From contig OX597840.1 of the NCBI GenBank assembly GCA_951406725.2, forward strand, positions 18,538,001 through 18,602,000: a stretch of 64,000 nt of DNA. Direction: 5' to 3'. The stretch comes from Octopus vulgaris (taxonomy: Eukaryota). The notes under the pieces are model-generated. The model did not search any database, was not told the origin of the DNA, and worked only from the letters and a program-made list of their open reading frames with translations. Positions 53,167 to 64,000 of the stretch are shown piece by piece. Positions within the stretch are counted from its first letter, which is position 1; each line of letters starts with the position of its first letter. The position numbers were made by a program, and so were the translations under genes.

Positions 53167-54049
53167 TATATATAGGCACACACACACACACGTGTGTCTG
53201 TCCTTCACCACCGCTTGACAACAGTGTTTGTTTATTCTGCTATAACTTAGTGGTTCAATAAAAGAGACCAATAGAATAAGGACCAGGCTTGAAAATTAAG
53301 TACAGAAGTAATTTCATTCTACAAAGAATTCTTTAAGGCAGTGCCCCAGTATGACCACAGTCTAATGACTGAAACAAGTAGAAAGAAAATCTAATATATT
53401 CCAAAACATTTTTGAAACAAGAAATTTCTAGAACCTTCTTAGAATTAATCTTATAAATAAATATCCTTAATAGTTGCAGAAGAGAAAAAACAAAAACAAA
53501 AACAAAAAACAATCAGCAAAGAAAGGAAAAAAAAAACAGCAGTTGGATGTTGTTAATTAAATATTCAATATTTTCTATAAAATTCAATTATGAAGTGAAA
53601 GAACGAGACAACACATCGTTAATGAAATCAAAACTACAATTATTGCTGTCAATCATGAATGCTGGGGGGAAGACTTCACACTCCTCCGTTCCCTTCTCTA
53701 CATCACCACTACCACCACCATCACCATCAGTAAATAAATTAATAAATAATTGAATAAATTGGAAAGAATTGATTAGAGAAATTAGAAGATAGAAACAACG
53801 AACACAACAATGCTGAGATTTGTTAAAGCTGTCGAGAAGAAATGAAACGAACAAGAACAGAGGAGAAGAAGCAAAAAGACTTTCTGAAACAATTCAATAA
53901 TTAACAATAATAAGATCAATAATAATGATTTCAAATTTTGGCACAAGGCCAGCAGCTTATGGGGAAAGGGTAAGTTGATTACATTGACCCCTAGTATTCA
54001 AGTGGTACATATCTAATCAACTAAGAAGAATGGAAGGTAAACTCGATGT

Positions 54050-54680
54050 TAGCCGCAGTCTTGGTATTTCGTTCAAGCTTTTCTGTTTGGCTTTCGTTTT
54101 GTAGTGTGATGGAGGAAACGGACAACAGAAAAAGAAGCAAAAGGGAGAAAGAAATACAAAAGGCCTGACCTGTTGACCTCAGCGGTCACTCTCAAAAATT
54201 AAACACGTCTTGTCTCTGCGCCGTCTCTGCTCAAACTGACCACACGTGCTTCCTGCCCACGCATGCCCTCTGCCTGTCTCACCGGCCCCTGCAATCCTTA
54301 CTTCCGTCCACCTCATCTGCAATCCCCTCCACCAACACCTCATAGCTCCATCACAGCCCATAACACCACTAACACCACACGTTTTACACTTTTTTGCTGC
54401 CTTGGTGAGTGGTGTGTCCTTATAAACACCATAACCAGGGAGGGTAAGCTCTCATCTGTATTTATATGCTTCCTTTGAGATTGAAGCATAGTTTCTTATC
54501 CTGTTCATGTTGCCTAACCAGCTGTATCATCCGGTTGGTGTTACTTTGGATGTAAACTTGGAGTCCTATTATGGTCATTTTATAGGATGTTTCAAGCTAG
54601 ATTAGACCTCTACTGCCTTCCTTCCATGAGAGATAGAGCCTGTGGATGTCTGATTTTGGATGGTGCATCCTGTTTAGTGA
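54050..54680 (-). mobile_element. R4/Dong-like fragment interrupted by a solo LTR
   Basis: Minus strand MHHPKSDIHRLYLSWKEGSRGL. The flanks of the insertion match 55700-55780 in reverse complement. Confidence 0.8.
54100..54379 (+). mobile_element. Solo LTR, 280 bp
   Basis: TGTAGTG...CACCACA termini, 5-bp TSD CGTTT (54095-54099, 54380-54384), internal ATTAAA. Removing it restores the Dong-like sequence. Confidence 0.8.
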
Positions 54681-55689
54681 AAGGCAAAGTCGACCTTGGC
54701 AGATCTTGAGCCCAGAACATAAAGTTGGATGAAATATCACTAAGCATTTCACCCAGAGTGCTAACCATTCTGCCATCTCACTGCCTTAATAATAATAATT
54801 CTATTTTTGACACAAGAATTGTGTGAATAGGGTTCAGCTGTTTGCATCAATCCCAATTTCTCAACTGGTATTCATTTTATCAACTTTGAAAAGATAAAAG
54901 GCAAAGTTGACCTCAGGAGTATTTGAACCAAGAACATCAAGATTTGGGACAAATACTACAAGGTATTTTTTCTGCTGCTTAAACGGTTCTGCCAACTCAC
55001 TGCCTTAATATAATATTAATCTTTGGAACTCCGTCAGTTATGACAATGAGGGTTCTGGTTGATACAATCAACCTGCTCATGAAATTAACATGCAAGTGGC
55101 TGAGTACTCCACAGACACATGTACCCTTAACGTAGTTCTGAGGGTGGTTCAGTGTGTCACAGAATATGACAAGGCTGGCCCTTTGAAAAAGTGGGTACTA
55201 CTCATTTTTGCCAGATGACTGGACTGGAGCAAGTTGAAATAAAATATATTACTCGACGACACAGTAATATTCCTGGGAATTGAAATCATGACCTTATGAT
55301 TGTGAGCTGAATCTCAAAGGAAGCATATAAATACAGACAGGAGCTTAACCTCCCTGATTATCAAGGAGCAATTTTAATCTTTAAGCTGTTCTTCTTATAC
55401 CAAGACTGCATACTGATTTTTTTTTCAAGCAAACTCAGAAATAATAAGAATAATTTTGTTTTCAGAAATATAATATACAAAATAAAATCAGTAACAAAAT
55501 TTTTTAAAATGAACAATTTTAAGATTAATCAAAATAAAAAAAAATGATAGTGGTTTGAGGAGAGGTAAGAGGAATTTTTTTTTTTAAATCACAAAAATAA
55601 ATCAGTAGTTCTTCCAGCAAACAAAAAACAATTTTGGTGCACCTGAGCACTGTATAGAATAATTTCATTATTGTTATTTTTAAACACAT

Positions 55690-56495
55690 GATAAGGAGGA
55701 GACACTACTCACCAAAGCAGCAAAAAAGTGTAAAACAAAAGCCAAACAGGAAAGCTTGAAGGAAATATCAAGATTGTGAAAAGAAAAACCATTGTGTGGG
55801 CAATACACCAGATGAGCTAGGGAAGCTGATGTAGAGATGAGAAGAACCCATTAGTGGCTGCAGAGTGGTGGTTTGAAAGCCAAAGCAGAAGCTCTATCCT
55901 AGTGGTACAAGATCAAATTCTCCTTACCAGGAACTATCAAGCTAATGTCACGCATAATGAGTGGACACAAAGTGTAACCGCTGCAATGACAAACTTGAGA
56001 GTGTTGACCATATTGTTGCCAGTTGCTCAGTCCTTACCCCTACATAATATAAAACCAGGCATGACCAAGCTGACCAATACTTGCACTGGAGTATATGCCA
56101 TCCTTATGATATCCCACACACTAAGAACTGGTATGAACACCATCCAGAGCCAGTCACCGAGGGAAAGAATGTTCAAACAGGTAAATAAATGATAACAGAC
56201 CAGACATCATCATTGAAGACTTAAGAGAAAAACCATGCCAGTTGATTTATTTGACAGTACCTACAGATAGAAACATCTCAGCAAAGGAATTTTAAAAACT
56301 GTTGAAATATAAGGACCTTGAGATTGTGATATCTAGGACATACCCTTGTTTTTATAGGTGCCCTGGGAATGATCAAGAAAGGTACTGACAAATTTTTTGA
56401 CCAGATCCGTGGGAAAATCACAATCTATGAAACTCAAAAAATTGTGTTGACATCAGCGGCCCACATTCTCAGGAAGTTTTTTTTTTCCATCTGAT
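55690..56495 (+). mobile_element. Second R4/Dong-like family, 3' fragment
   Basis: QDQILLTRNY, CNRC..ESVDHIVASC, RHD, WYEHHPEPV, NRPDII, KYKDLEI, IGALG, QKIVLTSAAHILRK. (AAT)n follows. Confidence 0.85.
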
Positions 56496-56819
56496 ATATA
56501 TGGAAGATGAAATAAAATGCAAATCAATCAGAAAATAATAATAATAATTATTATCATTTCTACTATTGGTACTAGGGTCTGAAATTTTGAGGGGACAGGT
56601 AAGTCAGTTATAATGGCCCCCAGTACTTCATTGGTACTTTATTTTATTGATCCCACAAAGATGACAGGCAAAGCTGACCTCAGCAGAATTTGAACTCAGA
56701 ATGTAAAAATCTGGAGCAAATACTGTAAGGTGTTTTGCCTGACCCGCTGATGACTCTGCAAGTTCACTGCCTTTGTTTCAAATTTTGGCACTGGATAGGT
56801 GGAGTGTCTATTTAATACT

Positions 56820-57021
56820 TCTTTTTACGAGAATAGGTTATTAGCCTATTGCTCAACCCCCAACCTGAAGGGTCAATGGATTATTCTGTCTGACTTCTAC
56901 CTGTTGACCTTACTGCCTTGGGTGACCCTACCAGGAGTACAAAACTCCGGACAGCACAGCTCTTCAGGTCATTGAAACTTGCAAACTCCCCCACCACCAT
57001 TAAGGTGATAACCCATAGGGG
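56820..57021 (-). mobile_element. Isolated RTE/BovB-type 5' UTR
   Basis: Minus strand ...ggtggtgggggagtttgc...tcaatgacc..gagct.tgc...gtagggtcacccaagg...ggtc...cagac...gggggttgagc...gctaataacc..tcgtaaaaa resembles RTE 5' leaders; no ORF follows. Confidence 0.6.
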
Positions 57022-57420
57022 TGAACCCCAATATTCAGCTGATACTTATTTTATCAACCCTGGAAGAACAAAAGGCAAAGATGACATTGGCAGCATTTGA
57101 ACTCAAAATCCTGAGACATAAAAATGCCAATGAGCATTTTTGCCTGGCGTACTAATGATTCTGCCAGCTCACTGCCTTAATAATAATAGTAATAATAATA
57201 ATAATAATTCTTTCTGTTATAGGCACTAGGCCTAAAATTTTGCAGGAGAGGACTAGTCAAATACATTGACCCCAGTGTTTCGCTGGAACTTAATTTATTG
57301 ACCCCGAAAGAATGAAAGGCATAGTTGACCTTGCTGGAATTTGAACTCAGAATGTAAAGATCGTCAAAATGCCACTAAACATTTCACCCAGCATGCCAAC
57401 AATTCTGTCAGCTCACCACC

Positions 57421-57455
<35 letters not shown>

Positions 57456-57457
<2 letters not shown>

Positions 57458-57815
57458 GAGCACCCAGAGGGTACAAACCTCTGCCAAAGCAACACCAACG
57501 TCCTCTCAATGATTAGCCAGAGAGGATTTTTAAAATGAGAAAATCTGAAATAAACTCGACTGCTTTCACAAATGAGAATACTAAAAATGAACCCGACCTC
57601 ACTAAAAAATTAAGTAAAAAAAAAACAGGAAAAATAATCCAGTTTCCTTGTCCGGTACTGGATCGATCCCAAAATCTAATCAGTTTGCCAGTCACAAGAT
57701 CAAACATCTCTGAAAGTTTCATCTGAATCCATCCAGCGGTTCTCGAGATATCTTCTCCACAGACAAACAAACACGACTGAAAACAATACCTCTGCCTTCA
57801 CTAAGTCAGAGGTAA
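57456..57815. mobile_element. Helentron-associated non-autonomous element (HINE/DINE-like)
   Basis: Sub-terminal acctctgcc at both ends, terminal hairpin acctctg...cagaggt, internal aagtttcat..gaatcc..ccagcggttctcgagatat, inserted in (AAT)n. Confidence 0.65.
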
Positions 57816-58519
57816 TAATAATAATGGTTTCAAAATTTGCCACAAGGGCAACCATTTTGGGTATGGGGATGAGTCAATCACATCAGCTCCAGCGTTTCAT
57901 TGCTACTTAATTTATTGACCCCAAAGGGATGAAAGGCAAAGTCGATTGACCTCGGTGGAATTTGAACTGAGAATGTAAAGACACTCAAAATGCCACTAAG
58001 CATTTCACCCAGCTTGCTAACAATTCTGCCGGCTTCCCACCTTATCAATAATAATAATAATAACAATAATAATAACAATAATAACAATAATAATAATAAT
58101 AATAACAACAATAATAACAACAACTAGTTGGTCTATGGAAATTTCAGATTTTTATAAAATGTTCTTTATTCTCATTTGATGCATAAATTTTATAAAAGCT
58201 TCATTATGTTAACGACTTTGATTTTCCGGTATAATTAAGGTCGTTGAGAGCATAATGAGACTCAAATTTGTTTCTTTATATTAAAATTTTTGATTACATT
58301 TTCAGCTTTGTTCAATATTTAAGGGGTTTTGTTGTTTTAATTGTTACATTCTATAATTTATAGGCAAAGGAATAGTTTTGTGGTAAGAAGTCTCCTTCCC
58401 AATCACATGGTTCCAGGTTCAGTACCAGTGCATGGCATCCTGGGCCCGTAACTACTATAGCCTTGGGCTGATCAAAGCTTTGTAAATGGGTTTGGTGGAC
58501 GGAAACTGAAAGAAGCCTC

Positions 58520-58920
58520 TCTGTGTGTGTGGGGGCGGGGTGCATGTGTGTATATGTGTTTGTGTGTGTGCATGCATATATGTGTGTGTATTCATGTGTG
58601 TGTGTATGTGTGTGCATATATTTGTGTGGATTCATGTTGTGTGTGTGTGTATGTGTGCTCGTATGTGTGTATATGTGTGTGTGCATATATATGTGTGTGT
58701 ATTCCTGTGTGGGTGTGGGTGTTGGTGCATGTGTGTGTATGTGTACTTTTGTGTGTGTGCATATATTTGTGTGTATTCATGTTGTGTGTGTGTATGTGCT
58801 CGTGTGTATGTATATGTGTGCATATGTGTGGGTACGTGTATACGTGAGTGCTTGTGTGTGTGTGTGTGTGTGTACGCGCGCGCACATATATGTGTGTGTA
58901 TTCATGTGTGTGAGTTTGTG
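58520..58920. repeat. Degenerate (TG)n tract with an internal duplication of about 145 bp
   Basis: gcatatatttgtgt..attcatgttgtgtg...gctcgt occurs near 58614 and 58759. Confidence 0.8.
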
Positions 58921-59699
58921 TCTCCTTGTCTTGGACATCACTCAATAGTTGTACATGTGTCATTGTCATGTGACCAGTTTTGGTCATTTTCAATCTTCCA
59001 TGAAAAATAAATCTGGCCAGGGGAAAATATTACCTTGCTTGGAAACAGGTAAGGTTTGGTGACAGGAAGGGCATCCCAGCCATAGAAAATCAGCCCCAAA
59101 ATAATCCATCTAACCCATGCAAGCAAGGAAAAGTTGATGTTAAATTACATTAAGATAATGATGGGGATTTTCACTTGTTTCAGTCATTTGACTGTGGCCA
59201 TACTGGGGCACTGCCTTGAAGGGTTTTAGTCGAACAAATTGACCCCAAGACTTTTTTTATATTTTTTAATGTTTTTATCAGTCTCTTGCCATACCTTTAA
59301 GTTATGGGGACCTAACCACACTAACACTGGTTGTCAGGCAGTGGTGGGGGACAAACAGACACAAATACATGCACACATAGATACATACATTATATATCAC
59401 CACCATGACCGACCAGGCTATCAGATGTTGCTACACATCGCTGGTCACAATGCGCTTCACATTGTTTTAGGCTTCAAATGACGCCACCCTGCTGGCTAAG
59501 CGAGCAGGCCAACAGACGAAAGATTGAGAGAAAATTGTGGCGAAAGAGTACAGCAGGGATCGCCACCACTCCCTGCCAGAGCCTTGTGGAGCTTTAGGTG
59601 TTTTCGCTCAATAAACACTCACAATGCCCCGTCCGGGAATCGAAACCGCAATCCTACAACCACGAGTCCGCTGCTCTAACCACTGGGCCATTGTGCCTC

Positions 59700-59731
<32 letters not shown>

Positions 59732-61349
59732 AATGAGTAACAGAGGTACAGATGCTGATCCATTATGGCTGGTGCTTGTATACCAAGTTTGATATTTACA
59801 TAATATTGTTGTGTGTAGATATTATTCTGACCTAGCAAGGGGCCTCAATTTAAGTACCTAATTCAACTGAATCTTATTTATATTTTATATACACACACAC
59901 ACACGACGGGCTTCCTTCAGTTTCCATCATTAAATCCACACACAAGACATTGGTTGGCCCAAGGCCATTGTAGAAGACACTTGCCAAATGTGCTACGCAG
60001 TGGGACTGAACCCAGAACCATGTGGTTGGGAAGCAAGCTTCTTACTACATAGACACACGTGCACTTATGTTAAAAGATTTTACATCTTCAATTTTCATTG
60101 TATAATTAAAGATGCTGAAAACACATCAAACTGTTGTTTTAATATGTTAGATATCAAAGATCACATCTTTGATTTCATTCCAAATGTCCTCTCTTCAATT
60201 TGGCTTTTATGCCTATTACGCTGTGTAACAAAATTTTCATTATATATTTTTTTTTATCTTTGGTCAGTAAGTGTTATTTCTTATTTGCTTCTATTTAGAA
60301 ATCAAAGGAAATCACTACTATTCCCTTCAAACTTTGCTTTTGTCATCTGGACATCAATGTTTTCAAACTGACCTATTTTCCATTACATTTCAGACAGATT
60401 CAGCACCGAGTTGCTGAAGCAGAAATATCGTTATAGAAAATATTCTGTTCAATACAACAGATTTGCATGTCAATTGCTTGACCTTAACCACTTGAGCATG
60501 TCCTTTAATGGCTGACAATCTGTGCCTTTCTGATGATGAGCAGGAGTAGTGAGGGAGTATCATAGCCATGTATTGGGAGGGATTCTTTGGGGTTTGAATA
60601 AATGTAAGAAAAGTAAAGTTTGAAGGAAACAAACCATTTTTCAAACTTTCTAGGGGTAACAAATAGGAAATAACAGTTGGTAGGCAAGGACAAAAATCAT
60701 GTTACACAGTGTTATTATCTATGGTCATATATGTTTTGTAATGACTGAAAGATTATGATCTTGAATACAAGTGGAAGAAATAGGGTTCATCCAAAGGACC
60801 TCAGGAGTTATGTTGAGAAGGTGTGCAGTTTGGAGATCAGAGTCTCTCTCCAGGTTAAGCCACTACTCTGCATTGAGAGGCCACAGCTTCAGTATTATGC
60901 AGATGTGGTTAGAATACCACACAAAAAATTGCATGATAGATATTTCTAGCCAAGCCTCGACCTAGAAGTAGATTGCAAATGAACTGGTTGGAGAATATCT
61001 GTAGTCTCAGACGGTCAGGCTTGGGAACACAGATGGAAAGTGTGATGATATTCTGCACAAACCATGATCCCCTCCCTCTGTTCACCATTTTCTTTGTAGT
61101 CCAGAGATCTCTTCAAATCTTTCAGTGTCACAATGACTCTGCCCATCACCAGCAGCAGAATCCTGGAACATCTATGTAGTAGTTGATCACAGCAAATGGA
61201 CCTTCTGACCAGTAATATTGTCCCTATTACAAGAAGCAAAAAAGCCTGTGCACAAATGTGACCAGGTGTCTCCCAGGACAAAGCATGTTGGTCAGGTGAT
61301 AGTAAAACCACCAAAACAATTAGTTACTTCTGTTTGACCATTCAAGACC

Positions 61350-61842
61350 TGTATGTACTGTCCATTTTTTACTGGGAAAATAATTTGACTTTAATTCAAA
61401 GAAGCTGAATGTAATTGGACGTTTGGCACATTTGATAAAAACAGTTCTGCAAATATTTTCTAGCAGACATTGACAACTGCAAATTAGATTGAATCCAAAT
61501 TCTATAAACTGTAACACACATTGGAATGAATGAAAAACTAAAGAATTTGTAGAGCTATCATGTGATTCCGATCTTATACTTGAATTTTTCAAAAACCAGC
61601 TTCAGCATTAGTTCTTGACTGAACATGAAGAAGGAATTTCCAATAATTATTCAAGATAACAATAGCAGTTTTTTTACAAATTCTTGTTTGATTCTGTATT
61701 TTCAGCTTTAATGGTAATAAACACAAAATACCATTTGACTATGAAGAATGTAGACATTCCATTGAAGAAATCACAGACTAATATCAGAAATCTACAGTCT
61801 GATGAATTGTGCCAAAGCAAACAAGCACACCCATTCCTCTAA
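61350..61842 (+). mobile_element. hAT (Buster/Charlie-like) transposase C-terminal remnant
   Basis: Fragments EFVELSCDSDL..F, NMKKEFP and terminal DELCQSKQAHP resemble Buster-type C-termini. Confidence 0.6.
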
Positions 61843-62651
61843 AGGAATATGTGTGTGTGTGTGTGTGTGTGTTAAATGGATGTATGATGATGATGATGAT
61901 ATACATATGTGTGTGTGTGTATATATGGGTGTGTTTTAAAAGAATGACATTTCAAAAGCGTGACATAGCAAAAGAGTGACAAATCTAGATAAAAAAAAAC
62001 ATCATCTGCTGTTTAAGTAGTTTTCCTTTTTGGGGAGGGTTCAAACTTAAAACTCTTTCAATGGTAATTGACCTCATGGTTCTGTAATAGTATTATGCAT
62101 ACAATTATTGACTTAACCGTCACCGTTAAAATAAAAGTGTTAGAGTTTTTTTAGGAAAATAGTTCAGCTGATTCTGAAGCTTTTGGCCGTTTGTTCAATT
62201 TGTAAATAGCACAGTTTTATTTCTTATTATCATCTAACTCTTTACTTTTCTCTTTTACTTGTTTCAGTCATTTGACTGCGGCCATGCTGGAGCACCACCT
62301 TTAGTTGAGCAAATCGACCCCAGGACTTATTCTTTGTAAGCCTAGTACTTATTCTAATGGTCTCTTTTGCTGAACCGCTAAGTGACGGGGATGTAAACAC
62401 ACCACCATCGGTTGTCAAGCGATGTTGGAGGGACAAACACAGACACACAAACTTACACACACACACATATATATATATACATATATACGACAGGCTTTTT
62501 TCAGTTTCCGTCTACCAAATCCACTCACAAGGCTTTGGTGGACCCGAGGCTATAGTAGAAGACACTTGCCCAAGATGGCACACAGTGGGACTGAACCCGG
62601 ATCCATGTAGTTGGTTAGTAAGCTACTTACCACACAGCCACTCCTGCGCCC

Positions 62652-63852
62652 ATGATGGATGAATATGAATTTGTCAAATCCCAGAAAAGGCAAATTATCC
62701 TTTCGGGAGCACATCTACCATTACCAATGATCCCAAGACCAGAATCGTTACTTCAGGTGAGAGGACAAAAGTTGTTGTGGTTCCGTAACCCATTGTGGAG
62801 TTCCACTTTTTAATGCACATGGTAGTTGGATATCCAAAAGAAGGGCACAAAGTCACGCATCACTTGCAGGGAGAGAGGAAATAATACAAGCTCTTCATGA
62901 ACTGAAAGATAAGGCTCGAGCTACAAATTCTACACCAGCAGCAGCAGCCATCCAAGAATTTGGACCTGGAGATCTCCATTTCCAGTGACTTCGAGGGCCA
63001 CCTCCCAGTGGTGTCGGCTGTCAACGAAGAGCCCTCGACTACAACAAGACGACTAAAGTTTTTTTTTTTCAAGGTCTGGGGTCTCCCACCCCAAAGCCCT
63101 AGACCATCACCTAATTACCCTTACCCATCTTGTTGCTTAACAACAACAACAACAACACCAGCAGCAATTATGCAGGAAGCTTGGCAGAAACTAGATCTAA
63201 ACGAGGCCATTGAAATGCCAAGAGCATCAGCCATGAGGCACCTTATTCAGCGCATTCGTTAAAAAGAATTTCCAGTGGAATCAAATTCTTTGATAGATTT
63301 GGTAATCCCAGAGAAATTCAAGGTCACGCAAACTGGGGAAAGAAACTTCCTTTTGTTTGACACAAAACAGGGACACTTTGAATGAATTAATCGAAGAGGA
63401 TGAAGATGAGGAAGAGGATGAGCTCCAAGAGAGAATTACAGATTTCAGAAGTGAAGATAATTTACAAAGATTAGCTGACTCTGATATCTGGTTTTTAGAT
63501 GGGACTTTTAAAACTTGTCCACGACTCTTCTCTCGGTTATATAGTATCTCTTACAGATTCCAAGAACCAATTTTCCCAGCTGTTTATGTGTAGCTGACTG
63601 GAAAAACTAGGATCACCAAGCGTAGATTGGCATATTTTGGTCATATTATGTGAAGAAAATCCCTGGAGAAGGATATCATGCTCGGAATGGTCAGTGGCAA
63701 GAGAGGAAGAGGCCGACCAAGAACCTGCTGGCTTGACACCATCAAGAGTGATACCGGAATGGACATAGCCAATCTGAAAGAAGCGGCCCAGGATAGAACT
63801 AACTGGAGGACACTGATCCAACGAGTGACCGAGAGTCGACTTCGACTAAGCG

Positions 63853-63893
<41 letters not shown>

Positions 63894-64000
63894 GAAAAAC
63901 AACACAGATATATTCATCAATGCTAGAACACTTAATTTTGGCTGCAGAAACAAAAGGAATTCAGATAAACCCTACATTCATTGTAGTAGATTTTGAGTTG
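62652..64000 (+). mobile_element. Degenerate MULE (Mutator-like) transposase, runs off the window
   Basis: WFLDGTFKTCPRLFSRLYSI...PAVYV*LTG|KTTQIYSSMLEHL...FIVVDFEL across the RTE insertion. N-terminal EFVKSQK is FLYWCH-like. Stops and frameshifts present. Confidence 0.85.
63608..63892 (+). mobile_element. BovB-like RTE 3' fragment with (TAGA)n tail and 8-bp TSD
   Basis: Translates RRLAYFGHIM*RKSLEKDIMLGMVSGKRGRGRPRTCWLD...AAQDRTNWR...VTESRLRL. TSD GGAAAAAC at 63600-63607 and 63893-63900. Confidence 0.9.

Noticed and set aside
58201-58258. 58-nt hairpin as a pre-miRNA
   Set aside because: No recognisable mature miRNA; it lies in AT-rich, probably TE-derived sequence.

Overview
AT-rich, microsatellite-saturated animal DNA. 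The SINE families and repeat landscape suggest a cephalopod (Octopus-like) genome; this is inference. The only host gene I can support is the 3' end of an integrin beta subunit on the + strand: a transmembrane/membrane-proximal exon (24967-25133) and a last exon with NPIY and an atypical NPVW motif (33114-33182). Neither exon is properly captured by the ORF track. Almost all listed ORFs are microsatellite or SINE artefacts. The rest is a mosaic of mobile elements: several tRNA-derived SINE families, RTE and BovB-like LINE fragments, R4/Dong-like RLE retrotransposon remnants, mariner/maT, hAT, MULE, piggyBac-type MITEs, a Helentron-type HINE and a solo LTR. The main hunt result is at least six sequence-unrelated, short non-coding elements carrying type I hammerhead ribozyme cores (about 11.3, 18.2, 27.7, 33.7, 46.2 and 46.4/46.8 kb). 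Most abut (TA)n tracts and show direct-repeat (retrozyme-like) or inverted (Penelope pseudo-LTR-like) architecture. One has the U3-A8 core variant, one has a tRNA-like head and one lies just downstream of the integrin stop codon. Coordinates of degenerate repeats are approximate and were read by eye.
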